A DNA stretch of 64,000 bases from an uncultured Spirochaetota bacterium (GTDB taxonomy: Bacteria; Spirochaetota; Spirochaetia; SZUA-6; Fen-1364). The DNA is taken from positions 298,404 to 362,403 of the forward strand of contig CAVUXE010000053.1 of NCBI GenBank assembly GCA_963745235.1, read 5' to 3'. Of the stretch, positions 38,786 to 48,608 are shown one piece after another (the first letter of the stretch is position 1; each line of letters begins with the position of its first letter). Both the position numbers and the translations under genes were made by a program. The notes beneath the pieces were generated by a model. The model made no database searches. It saw only the letters and a list, made by a program, of their open reading frames with translations, and was not told where the DNA came from.

Positions 38786-39580
38786 GTGAGCGCACGCGAC
38801 ATGCGGTCTGCCGCCGACAGGGATGGAGTGCCGAAGTACGTCCAGCTGGCGCAGATCGTGCGGGAGAAGATCACCCGCCGGCAGTACAAGGCCGGGGACA
38901 GGATTCCAACCGAAGCGGAGCTCGGGGACACCTACCGCATGAGCCGCATCACCGTTCGACAGGCCATCGACAGGCTGGAGAGGGACGGTCTGCTGGAAAG
39001 GCGCCAGGGGCGCGGCACGTACGTTCTGCCGCAGAAGCTCAAGCGCAACATTGCCAAGGTCTACAGCTTCACCAGTGACATGCGGCGGCTGGGGCTGAAG
39101 CCGAGCTCCCGGGTCCTGGCGCTCACGGCGGAGGAGGCGTCGGCCGCGGACGCTCTTTCCCTGCAGCTCCCTGCGGCCAACCGAAGGGTCACCCGTCTTG
39201 CGCGCGTCCGGATGGCCAATGACCTCCCCGTCCTTCTGGAGACGACACTGGTTCCGGAGTACCTTTGTCCGGACCTGCTGGAGAAGGACTTTTCGAACGC
39301 CTCGCTCTACAGGATCCTCGCGGCAGAGAGACGGCTCATGCCGCATCACGCCGAGGAGACCTACGAGGCAATCATCCTGAAGCGACGTGACGCGCAGCTG
39401 CTGGAATGCTCATCCCGCGGCGCGCAGCCCGCATTCGCAATCCAGCGGCTGACGTACCTCGAGAACGGGCTTCCCATCGAGCTGACGCGGTCGGTGGGCA
39501 GGGGAGACCGCCTGACCCTGGCTATCAACATGACCTCCGAGCAGGCGGACATCCAGCGGAGAGTCGATTTCTCGCAGTGA
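38786..39580 (+). CDS. GntR/HutC (UTRA) regulator
   Basis: PKYVQL, IPTEAEL, SRITVRQAI, GRGTYV; UTRA C-terminus. Confidence 0.92.
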   Translation: MSARDMRSAADRDGVPKYVQLAQIVREKITRRQYKAGDRIPTEAELGDTYRMSRITVRQAIDRLERDGLLERRQGRGTYVLPQKLKRNIAKVYSFTSDMRRLGLKPSSRVLALTAEEASAADALSLQLPAANRRVTRLARVRMANDLPVLLETTLVPEYLCPDLLEKDFSNASLYRILAAERRLMPHHAEETYEAIILKRRDAQLLECSSRGAQPAFAIQRLTYLENGLPIELTRSVGRGDRLTLAINMTSEQADIQRRVDFSQ

Positions 39581-39598
39581 CTGCGAAGGAGTGGTTCC

Positions 39599-40447
39599 AT
39601 GAGCCTCGAGCAGCTTTTCGACGTGAAGGGGAAGACCGCCGTGATCACCGGGGGAGGCGGTGCGCTCCCCGGGACCCTCGCCTCGGCGCTTGCGGAGCTG
39701 GGGGTCCGGGTGGCGGTGCTGGACCTCAATGAGAAGAACGCAGAGGCCCGCGCAGAATCGATCCGCGCGGGAGGCGGGGAGTCGCAGGCGTTCACCTGCA
39801 GCGTCCTGCGGGAGGAGGAGCTCGAAAGGTCCCGGGAGAAAGTGGAAGGGCTGTGGGGGCCGCCCGACTTCCTGATCAACGGCGCGGGAGGCAACAGCCC
39901 GAAGGCAAGCACGACGCAGGAGTTCATGGAGCCCGCGGACCTGGACCGCGGCGACTGCCTGAGCTTCTTCAGCATGCGCATGGAGGATTTCCAGGCATCC
40001 TTCGGGTTGAACTTCACGGGGACCCTTCTTCCGACGCGGGTGTTCGCCCGCGCAATGGTGCGCCGCGGCAGCGGCTCCATTCTCAACATCGCCTCCATGG
40101 CGGGGATCACGCCGCTCACCAAGGTGGTGGCCTATTCCGCCGCGAAAGCCGCCGTGGCCAATTTCACGAAGTGGCTCGCCGTGCATCTCTCCCATACGGG
40201 GGTGCGCGTGAATGCCCTGGCTCCCGGGTTTTTCATGACGGAACAGCTGAGATTTCTCCACATCGACCAGGCAACCGGGCAGTACACCCCGCGCGCGCAG
40301 AAGACGGTGGCGCATACCCCCTTGGGACGCTACGGTGAGCCCGCGGAGCTGGTGGGCACGACGGTGTGGCTGCTCTCCGGCGCGTCGCGCTTCGTCACCG
40401 GCGACGTGATCCCCGTGGACGGCGGATACTCTTCATACACGATTTAG
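39599..40447 (+). CDS. SDR oxidoreductase (D-mannonate oxidoreductase-like)
   Basis: TGGGG, INGAGGNSP, YSAAK, APGFF. Confidence 0.8.
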   Translation: MSLEQLFDVKGKTAVITGGGGALPGTLASALAELGVRVAVLDLNEKNAEARAESIRAGGGESQAFTCSVLREEELERSREKVEGLWGPPDFLINGAGGNSPKASTTQEFMEPADLDRGDCLSFFSMRMEDFQASFGLNFTGTLLPTRVFARAMVRRGSGSILNIASMAGITPLTKVVAYSAAKAAVANFTKWLAVHLSHTGVRVNALAPGFFMTEQLRFLHIDQATGQYTPRAQKTVAHTPLGRYGEPAELVGTTVWLLSGASRFVTGDVIPVDGGYSSYTI

Positions 40448-40456
40448 GAGGGATGT

Positions 40457-41314
40457 ATGAGCGATCGGAAGGGCTACTCGCCTCCGAATGAAATGCCACG
40501 GCGGCCGATAGCAAGCGTGCTGACGGGTCAAAAGGCGCTCGTGACCGGGGCGAGCAAGGGGGTGGGGGCAGGCATCGCCGTCGCCCTTGCGCAGGCGGGC
40601 GCGGATGTCCTCCTGAACTACAACAGCGACCGCGCGGGTGCCGAGCAGACCGCGGATGAGGTCCGCGCGGCCGGCCGAACGGCTGTCCTCTGCAAGGCGG
40701 ACGTCGGGAACGAGGGAGAAGTCATCTCCATGTTCCGCGCCATGACGGAGCAGCTGGGGCGGATCGACATCCTCATCAACAACGCCGGCCTCCAGCGAAA
40801 CGCGCCGTTCGACCAGATGACCATGGCCGACTGGCAGACGGTTATCGGCACGAACCTCACCGGCCAGTTTCTCTGCGCCCGGGAGGCGGTGCGCTGCTTC
40901 AAGCGGCAGGGCATCGACAGGAGCATCTCGTACGCCCTGGGCAAGATCATCTGCATCAGCTCCGTTCACGATGTCATCCCGTGGGCCGGCCACGTCAACT
41001 ACGCAACGGCGAAAGGCGGGATCATGCTCATGATGAAAAGCATGGCGCAGGAGCTGGCGCCGCTGCGCATCCGGATCAACAGCCTCTCTCCGGGCGCGAT
41101 CCGCACGCCCATGAACGTGGAAAAGCTCACGAGCCCCGAGGAGTTCGAGCGTCAGCTCCTGAAGTTCATCCCGTACAAGCGCATCGGCGAGCCGGAGGAC
41201 TGCGGGCGTGCCGCTGTCTGGCTTGCCTCGGATGATTCGGACTATGTCCATGGGGCCACGTTGTACCTGGACGGCGGCATGACCTTGTACCCGGAGTTCG
41301 CCCATGGCGGGTGA
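40457..41314 (+). CDS. Glucose 1-dehydrogenase-like SDR
   Basis: TGASKGVG, NNAGLQ, SSVHDVIPWAGHVNYATAKGG, DGGMTLYP. Confidence 0.88.
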   Translation: MSDRKGYSPPNEMPRRPIASVLTGQKALVTGASKGVGAGIAVALAQAGADVLLNYNSDRAGAEQTADEVRAAGRTAVLCKADVGNEGEVISMFRAMTEQLGRIDILINNAGLQRNAPFDQMTMADWQTVIGTNLTGQFLCAREAVRCFKRQGIDRSISYALGKIICISSVHDVIPWAGHVNYATAKGGIMLMMKSMAQELAPLRIRINSLSPGAIRTPMNVEKLTSPEEFERQLLKFIPYKRIGEPEDCGRAAVWLASDDSDYVHGATLYLDGGMTLYPEFAHGG

Positions 41315-42492
41315 GCTCCCCTCAGCGCGGCGCACGCGCCTGCTCCAGGTCATGGCGGCGGAGAAGCTGGACGCCATCGTCTGCCGGCTGCCGGAAAATG
41401 TCCTTCTCCTGACCGGCTACTGGCCGATCTGCGGCTGGGCTTTCGCGGTCCTGTCCTCGCAGGGAGAGGCCGTCTGCATTGTGCCCGGACACCGAGGAAC
41501 GGGAAGCCCGGGATGAGCTGTCGGACTGTGCCCTTGCCTCATATGCTTTCGGCACAAAAGAGCCGGTCGACCAGCTCCAGGAGATCCGCGCGGCCCTGGA
41601 GTCGACATCCGCGGGCAGACGCTGGCGCAGGGTCGGATGGGAGGAAAGCTTCGAAACGGCCGCTCCTGCCTGGAACGCCGCGGAGTCCTTGCTTCCGGCC
41701 GGACCGACTCGCCGCGTGCTGGAAGGAGTTTTCGCTCGGGAAAATCTGGTGGACGTCACCCGGGTCCTGGAAATCGAGAAGGCCGCAAAGACCCCGGCTG
41801 AGGCGGAGAAAGTAGCGCGATCCGCCCGAATTTCATGCATCGGAATGACGGAGTTCTGCAAAACCGTGGATGCCGGGAGGAGCGGCGTGGAGCTTGCTGC
41901 CGCCGTGGAGTCTGCAATCATGAGGGAAGGGACGGGGTTCGACGACGCCCGGCGCGTGCGGGCGTTTGCGCAGGTGGCCACGGGCCCCGAGGAGACCTTC
42001 CGTGCCTGGAGACCGGCGGAGATAACGACGACGCGCAGGCTGCGGGAAGGGGATATCGCCTTGCTGGAGCTTGCCGTCGTTGCGGACGGCTACTGGTGCG
42101 ACAGGACGCGCGCGAGGGTTGCCGGAAGGGCCAGTGAGCGCCAGAAGGAGATCAACCAGATCGTAAGCCGAGGCCAGAAGGCGGCAATCTCCGTCGTTCG
42201 GCCGGGCGTTTCAGGTCGGGAGGTTGATGAAGCGGGGCGGAGTGAGATCCGTGCCGCAGGGCAGGACAGGGCGTTCGTTCACATCACCGGGCATGGTCTG
42301 GGCTTCCGCTACCACGAGGCCATGCCCTTCCTTGCATCCTGGAGCACCGATGTGCTGCGGGAAGGGATGATTCACAGCGTGGAGCCGGGAATCTACCTGT
42401 CTGATTTCGGCGGCATACGCATCGAGGATGACGTGCTGGTCACCCCGCAGGGCGCACAGGTCCTGGGCCCTTTCCCAACTGACCTGGACTGA
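41304..42492 (+). CDS. M24 family (Xaa-Pro peptidase/creatinase-like) protein, frameshift near 41485
   Basis: N-terminus PENVLLLTGY (ORF 41304) joins GYWCDRTR, GHGLG, HE, EPGIY, RIEDD (ORF 41479). Confidence 0.85.
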
Positions 42493-42508
42493 AACGCTTT
42501 CCGACGGT

Positions 42509-43138
42509 CTACTCTGCGAGCGCAAGGAACTGCGACAGGATGCGTTCAGTGATGCCCCAGATCGGGCCCTTAGGAGACGGGAAGGCAGGAAACTCAAGCG
42601 CACCGTTTTTGTCTTCCCATCGCACCGAAGCGGACCGCCCGCTGCCGCGGAGCGCCGCAAGGGGCATCCAGAACGCTTCCTCGACCTCTTCCGGCTGGGG
42701 GCGAGGGATGGCTTCCGGCGGTACGAGTGCGACGAATGGTGCAACTGTAATGGAAGGAATGCGAACGCTCACGGAGCGGAGCGTTGGCAATCTGCCGAGC
42801 ACTCTGCCGCCTTGGCGGGCATCGATTCCCACTTCTTCCAAAGCTTCCCGCATGGCGATTTCGAGCAGACTGGCGTCCTTTTCCTCAGCCCGACCGCCAG
42901 GGAATGCCAGGTGCCCTGACCAGGGATCCCCCGTGCGAATGGCACGCTTGATGAAAAGGATCTCGGCGGGATCTCCTGATGCGTCGCTGCCTGCGTCCCC
43001 GCCTGCCGGACGAAGGAGGAGCGTGACCGCCGCGTGGGTTACACCCGCTTCGGCGGCCGGCACCTTTTGCAGATCCGCAGGGTCGAGCCTCGCCGCTATC
43101 CGTCGAAGGAACGCGTCGAAAGAAGGATCAAGGGCCAC
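42509..43138 (-). CDS. Nudix CoA pyrophosphatase (NudL-like)
   Basis: AAV, WSGHLAFPGG, AMREALEEVG, IWGIT. Confidence 0.9.
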   Translation of the reverse strand: MALDPSFDAFLRRIAARLDPADLQKVPAAEAGVTHAAVTLLLRPAGGDAGSDASGDPAEILFIKRAIRTGDPWSGHLAFPGGRAEEKDASLLEIAMREALEEVGIDARQGGRVLGRLPTLRSVSVRIPSITVAPFVALVPPEAIPRPQPEEVEEAFWMPLAALRGSGRSASVRWEDKNGALEFPAFPSPKGPIWGITERILSQFLALAE

Positions 43139-43307
43139 GGGGCTACTCTATCAACTCATTCTCGCATTTCCCAGACGGGGCCGGCTCATACCTTTGAAAG
43201 ACGACACCCGTGGAAAGCGTGATGGGGAGTTGCCGCGCCGGCCTTCAAGAGCCGCCCTTCCAACGCCGTGGTTGCCGCCGTATCCGTTCATTCCGATATT
43301 GAACCTC

Positions 43308-43886
43308 ATGAATGGATTCGATTCCGCCTACCTGGGTACGCCGCCGTGGGACATCGGCAGACCGCAGGTGGAGATCGTAGACCTTGAGGAGAAAGGCGGG
43401 ATCCGCGGGTCTGTCCTGGACTGCGGATGCGGGACTGGGGAAAACGCGCTGTATCTGACCGGCAAAGGCCATGAGGTGTGGGGCATCGATGCCGCCCCCA
43501 ACGCCATCCGCAAGGCAGAGGCCAAGGCCCGGGCCCGAGGCAGCGCAACCAGGTTCCTGGTTGTTGACGCCCTGGACTTGAAGGGTCTAGGACGCACGTT
43601 TGACAATGTCATCGACTGCGGGCTGTTTCACGTTTTTTCGGATCCGGACAGGGAGCGCTACGTGTCCAGCCTCACCGCTGCTACGGCCCCTGGCGCGAAG
43701 CTTGTGCTCTTGTGCTTCAGCGACCTGCAGCCGGGGGACTACGGCCCTCGAAGGGTAAGGAAAGAAGAGATCCAGAAGGCCTTCGAGAAAGGGTGGCGTG
43801 TCCAGGAAATTCTGGCCGCCGCCTTTGAGACGAATATGGGGCCGGACCGGGTGAAGGCCTGGCTCAGCGTGATCATTCGAGAGTGA
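43308..43886 (+). CDS. Class I SAM-dependent methyltransferase
   Basis: PPWDIGRPQ, VLDCGCGTGENA, DCGLFH. Confidence 0.88.
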   Translation: MNGFDSAYLGTPPWDIGRPQVEIVDLEEKGGIRGSVLDCGCGTGENALYLTGKGHEVWGIDAAPNAIRKAEAKARARGSATRFLVVDALDLKGLGRTFDNVIDCGLFHVFSDPDRERYVSSLTAATAPGAKLVLLCFSDLQPGDYGPRRVRKEEIQKAFEKGWRVQEILAAAFETNMGPDRVKAWLSVIIRE

Positions 43887-43900
43887 CGGAGGGGACGCGA

Positions 43901-46108
43901 ATGGGTGCAGGTTCGATCACCGGTGCGGTCCGGGCAGCAGGGCTGCAGATCGATGAAGGCCTCTTCCGCTGCGTACGGGATGAGATTGCTCCCGCCACGG
44001 GGGTGGACGTCGAGCGGTTCTGGAGCTCCCTGGCGGAGATCGTGCGGGACCTCGGCCCGCGCAACGCAGCGCTCTTGAAGAAGAGGGACCGGCTCCAGGA
44101 GAGCATAGACGACTGCCTCGGCGGGCTCAAAGGCCGTCGGATCGACCCGGAAGAGTATGAAAGCCTGCTCAGGAAAATCGGCTACCTGGTTCCTGACGGC
44201 GCAGATTTTCAGGTGGGCACCGCCGGCGTGGATCGCGAGATTTCCGAGCTCGCCGGCCCCCAGCTCGTCGTCCCCTTGGACAACGCGCGCTACGCGCTGA
44301 ACGCCGCAAATGCCCGCTGGGGAAGCCTCTTCGATGCATTGTATGGAACAGACGTGATTCCTCTGGACAGCGGAGCGCTGAGAGGGCCCGGCTACAACCC
44401 CGTCCGAGGGGCACGGGTGATCGCGTACGTCGATGACTTTCTCGACAGGACCTTTCCCTTGAAGGAGGGAAGTCATGCGAACGTGCGGCGGTACTTCCTT
44501 CGCGACGCAGGAGGGAGAACGAGTCTGTTCGCTTCCGCGGGAGAGCATGGCGAGGTCCCGATCCGCGACTCGGAGAAGCTCGTCGGCTGTCGCCTGAGCG
44601 GCAATGAGCTGACCTGCATCCTCCTTGAAAACCATGGCCTCCACGTCGAGATCCACATCGACCGGGAGCACCCGGTGGGCAGGGCCCACCACGCGGGCGT
44701 CCAGGACGTCATGCTCGAGGCCGCATTGACGACCATCCAGGACTGCGAGGATTCCGTCTCGGCAGTCGACGCCGCGGACAAGGTTGCCGTCTATCGCAAC
44801 TGGTGCGGAATCATGAAGGGGACGCTCGAAGCCACGTTCCAGAAGGGCGGAAGGACGCTGACGCGGCGGCTCAATCCCGACAGGAGCTATCGCGCCGTTG
44901 ATGGGCAACCGGTGACCCTCCCGGGGCGAAGCCTTCTCCTCGTGAGAAACGTCGGCATCCACATGTACACGGATGCCGTGATGGATGCGAGCAGGCGCGC
45001 AATTCCCGAGGGCTTCCTGGATGCCATGATCACCTCCCTCGCGGCGCTTCACGATCTGCGGGGGCCGCGGCGGGGCGCAAACAGCCGGTCGGGGAGCATC
45101 TACATCGTCAAGCCGAAGCTGCATGGCCCGGAAGAAGTTGCCGCCACGGGGGACCTTTTCAGCCGCGTGGAAGACACCCTGGGACTGGATCGGAACACCT
45201 TGAAAATCGGGGTCATGGACGAGGAGCGCCGCACCACGGTCAACCTCAAGGAATGCATCCGGGCGGCCCGCGAGCGGGTCGTGTTCATCAATACCGGGTT
45301 TCTCGATCGGACGGGGGACGAGATCCACACCAGCATGAAGCTGGGCGCCGTCCTGCCGAAAGAGGAAATCAAGAGCCAGCCGTGGATCAAAGCGTACGAG
45401 GACTGGAACGTGGACACGGGCATTTCCGTGGGACTGCCCGGACGCGCCCAGATCGGCAAGGGCATGTGGACCATGCCGGACGAGATGAGAGCAATGATGG
45501 AGGCAAAGATTGCTCACCCGCTCGCCGGGGCAAGCACGGCGTGGGTGCCGTCTCCTACGGCCGCCACCCTCCACGCCCTGCACTACCACACGGTGGACGT
45601 GGCGCAGCGGCAGAGAGAGATCGCCTCGAGGAGCCCGGCGCGGCTTTTCGACATCCTCACTCCGCCCGTTCTTGGCGGGCGCCGCCTGACGGCAGCGCAG
45701 GTCCGGGAAGAGCTGGAAAACAACGCCCAAGGGGTGCTCGGGTACGTCGTGCGTTGGGTGGAGATGGGGATTGGATGCTCGAAGGTCCCCAACATTCGGG
45801 ACGTGGCCCTGATGGAAGACCGGGCCACCCTGCGGATCTCCAGCCAGCACATAGCCAGCTGGCTGAGGCATTCCGTCGTCACGCGGGACCAGGTGGAGGA
45901 AACGTTCAAACGGATGGCCGTCGTCGTAGATCGCCAGAACAGCGCTGATCCGCGCTACCAGCCCATGGCGACGGATTTTCCGGGCAGCCCCGCTTTCAAG
46001 GCGGCCCTCGACCTGGTATTCACCGCGGAAGCCTCGGCAAACGGGTATACAGAAGAGGTGCTGCACGCGCGGCGCAAAGAGGTCAAGTCCCGCGAGAGGT
46101 CTCCGTGA
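43901..46108 (+). CDS. glcB: Malate synthase G
   Basis: AGPQLVVP, NARWGSL, DCEDS, LLVRNVG, GVMDEERRT, FINTGFLDRTGDEIH, MEDRATLRISSQH. Confidence 0.96.
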   Translation: MGAGSITGAVRAAGLQIDEGLFRCVRDEIAPATGVDVERFWSSLAEIVRDLGPRNAALLKKRDRLQESIDDCLGGLKGRRIDPEEYESLLRKIGYLVPDGADFQVGTAGVDREISELAGPQLVVPLDNARYALNAANARWGSLFDALYGTDVIPLDSGALRGPGYNPVRGARVIAYVDDFLDRTFPLKEGSHANVRRYFLRDAGGRTSLFASAGEHGEVPIRDSEKLVGCRLSGNELTCILLENHGLHVEIHIDREHPVGRAHHAGVQDVMLEAALTTIQDCEDSVSAVDAADKVAVYRNWCGIMKGTLEATFQKGGRTLTRRLNPDRSYRAVDGQPVTLPGRSLLLVRNVGIHMYTDAVMDASRRAIPEGFLDAMITSLAALHDLRGPRRGANSRSGSIYIVKPKLHGPEEVAATGDLFSRVEDTLGLDRNTLKIGVMDEERRTTVNLKECIRAARERVVFINTGFLDRTGDEIHTSMKLGAVLPKEEIKSQPWIKAYEDWNVDTGISVGLPGRAQIGKGMWTMPDEMRAMMEAKIAHPLAGASTAWVPSPTAATLHALHYHTVDVAQRQREIASRSPARLFDILTPPVLGGRRLTAAQVREELENNAQGVLGYVVRWVEMGIGCSKVPNIRDVALMEDRATLRISSQHIASWLRHSVVTRDQVEETFKRMAVVVDRQNSADPRYQPMATDFPGSPAFKAALDLVFTAEASANGYTEEVLHARRKEVKSRERSP

Positions 46109-47134
46109 TCACGGCGTGACGGATCGGCCCTGTGCCGCTGATTGCCGGATCAGGTCTATCGTCTCCATGACTGCCAGCACCTGGTCACGCGTGATGGGAA
46201 GCTCCTTCGAGCTGCGGACTGCCTCCGCAAACGCGTCGTAGAAGGCATCCGTCAGCTCGGAGCCCGAGATGTCGTAATGCCGGACTTCCGGCACGCCGTT
46301 GAACTCTGTTGCGAGCTCCGCCTGCTGCCAGCTGTCCACGGCTTCACCCCTGACCAGGAGCGTTCCCCTCGTTCCCACCACGGTCCATCGTGGAAGCGGG
46401 ATGCGGTGGTTGTTTGAGGCTTCGATCCTGCAGCTCAACCCGTTCCTGAAGGCAAGCTCTGCCCAGAAGTGATCGTCCACCTCGTCCGTCCAGACCTTCC
46501 CGCCCGACCACGCCGACACGGAGGCGAGGGGGGACCGGGCCAGCATCAGCACCTGGTCAACGAGGTGCGGCGCCCAGTCGTTGAGCATCCCGCCTCCGAA
46601 CTTCCTTTTGAGGCGCCACGGGTTGTCCATTCCCTGGGCTCCCCATCCGGCCCACCCGGAGGAAAAGCTCGCGCGCCGGGACTCGATCCTGTAGACGCTT
46701 CCCAGGAGGCCCTCCGCCATTGCCCTCTGCACGAGAAGGAAGTCACGGTCCCAACGCCGGCTCTGGTGGGGCAGCACGGAGAGACCGCGGCCTGCCGCCG
46801 CCTGGTAGATCTCCGCGGCCTCCTGGTAGGACAGGGCAATCGGCTTCTCAATGATCACGTTCTTGCCCGCCCTCAGCGCGGCGAGGGCCCAGGAGTAATG
46901 CTGGTCGGAGGTGGTGGCGATCACGATCCATCGAACGCCGCCGTCACTGATGAGGTCCTCATGCCGGGGGTAGGTCTTCACGGCGAAGCGCCGCCGCGCC
47001 TCCTCGGTCTGCCGCGGGGCCCTGCTGCTCACCGCGGCAAGGCGGAGGCCGGGCGTGGATGATATGCGCTCGCAATGAAAAAGCCCTATCCGGCCGACTC
47101 CCAGGACTCCGACAGGAATGTCGTCACTCATCAT
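46109..47134 (-). CDS. Gfo/Idh/MocA oxidoreductase
   Basis: GVGRIG, IEKP, SRRWDRDF, GGMLNDWAPHLVD. Confidence 0.9.
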   Translation of the reverse strand: MMSDDIPVGVLGVGRIGLFHCERISSTPGLRLAAVSSRAPRQTEEARRRFAVKTYPRHEDLISDGGVRWIVIATTSDQHYSWALAALRAGKNVIIEKPIALSYQEAAEIYQAAAGRGLSVLPHQSRRWDRDFLLVQRAMAEGLLGSVYRIESRRASFSSGWAGWGAQGMDNPWRLKRKFGGGMLNDWAPHLVDQVLMLARSPLASVSAWSGGKVWTDEVDDHFWAELAFRNGLSCRIEASNNHRIPLPRWTVVGTRGTLLVRGEAVDSWQQAELATEFNGVPEVRHYDISGSELTDAFYDAFAEAVRSSKELPITRDQVLAVMETIDLIRQSAAQGRSVTP

Positions 47135-48386
47135 GCCTTCCCTCCGGAAGCGGACCCTGGGCAACCCTGTCGGAGAGCGCCTTGTCGATGGACAGCAGGG
47201 CCACACCGACTGCCTCGTCGTTCTCCGTGTACCGTGCGAAGCTTGTCCCGAAGTCCAGGCGGGCTTCCAGGGGCGCTCGCTCGCGGATGCGCCTGTTCAT
47301 CGGCTCCGCCAGAGACTCACTCAGCGCCGCGGCATCTCCGCTCACGATGATGCGGGGAGGGTTCACCATTTTCATGACCAGCGAGCAGGCCTCCCCCAGC
47401 GCCGCGCCCGCTTCCTGGAGCACCTGCTCCGCCAGGCGGTCGTGCGCCGCCGCTGCTTCCCCGATGGCGGAAAGAGACGGAGTCTCGCCGGCCTCCACGC
47501 GAGCCCGAAGCGTGGTGACAACGCCCTCCAGGATTCTTGCCCGAAGCGAGGAAAGGATTCCTGCTCCGGATGCCACCGTCTCCAGGCACCCGGTGTCGCC
47601 GCAGACGCATCGCTTGTCATTCCCCTGCAGCGCCACATGCCCGATTTCACCCGCCACCCCGTGACGGCCCCGGTAAAGCCTGCCGTCCAGGACGAGGGCC
47701 GACCCCAGACCTTCACCCATGTAGAGAAGCGCAAAGTCCTCTCGCGGGGAGCCCCCCTGGCGGCGCATCTCGCCGAAGGCCACGGAGCGGGCGTGATCCT
47801 CCACGATAACGGGCACCCTCAGGTCGGAGAACCGGGCGGGGACGTTGACGTTGCGAAATGGTCCATACTGAAGCCCTGAGAGCCAGACCCCCCGCTCCGT
47901 GTCCACCCTGCCGAGCACGGAAATGCCCAGCGCGACGAAACGAGCCGGCTCGAGGCGGGAAATCGCATCACGGACACCGGCGCGGACCCTTGCAAGCACG
48001 CCGAGCAGTTCCTGCTCCTCGAACGCGCCTGTTGGGGTCGGCAGGCTGATGTTTTCAAGGATGTCTCCCGCGCCCGAGACCACGGAAATGCGGCACATGC
48101 CGACCTTCAGGGCCGCACCCACGGCATAGAGCGCGCCAGGGGAGATGGAGTAGATGAAGGATGGCCTTCCCTGACCCTGGGGAGTCTCCTCCCGTGAAGC
48201 GATGAAGCCCAGGTCACGAAGCTCCTGGATGGCTGCCGTGCTCCGTCCCTTGCTCAGCCCGGTCTCGTTGAGGATGGATGCCCGCGTCGCCTGCGTGAGT
48301 GAGAAAATTGCCCGCAGCGTGAGCGCAGCATCGTGTGTCAGGTTGTCCAACACCGGCATGTTCGTCCCTCGTGAAGGATATTCCAT
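47124..48386 (-). CDS. ROK family transcriptional regulator
   Basis: N-terminal HTH (TGLS...GRP); GEIGH...CVCGDTGCLE. Start at 48386 or 48359. Confidence 0.9.
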   Translation of the reverse strand: MEYPSRGTNMPVLDNLTHDAALTLRAIFSLTQATRASILNETGLSKGRSTAAIQELRDLGFIASREETPQGQGRPSFIYSISPGALYAVGAALKVGMCRISVVSGAGDILENISLPTPTGAFEEQELLGVLARVRAGVRDAISRLEPARFVALGISVLGRVDTERGVWLSGLQYGPFRNVNVPARFSDLRVPVIVEDHARSVAFGEMRRQGGSPREDFALLYMGEGLGSALVLDGRLYRGRHGVAGEIGHVALQGNDKRCVCGDTGCLETVASGAGILSSLRARILEGVVTTLRARVEAGETPSLSAIGEAAAAHDRLAEQVLQEAGAALGEACSLVMKMVNPPRIIVSGDAAALSESLAEPMNRRIRERAPLEARLDFGTSFARYTENDEAVGVALLSIDKALSDRVAQGPLPEGRHDE

Positions 48387-48522
48387 CGGACGGCCCTGAG
48401 CAAGCGATGGGCAAGGAAAAAGTCCAAAGGTCGCTATCAAGGCTTGGAACTGTCCAAGGACGGGATAAATTAACCCCTTGCGGGAAAAACTAATTCCTTT
48501 GCGATGCACTATCCGCATGAAT

Positions 48523-48543
48523 ATTATTCAACAGGAACTAATT
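48523..48543. promoter_or_regulatory. Candidate ROK operator
   Basis: AT-rich imperfect palindrome ATTATTCAACAGGAACTAATT in the divergent intergenic region. Confidence 0.4.
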
Positions 48544-48608
48544 CTGGCAGGTTGCTGCTGTGTCACTTTGAGGAAGCGGCAGCTCCGCGCCATTGAGGGA
48601 GGCAAGCC

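Noticed and set aside
42540-43307. Long N-terminal extension of the methyltransferase ORF
   Set aside because: It is antisense to the Nudix gene; methyltransferase-like sequence begins at ATG 43308.
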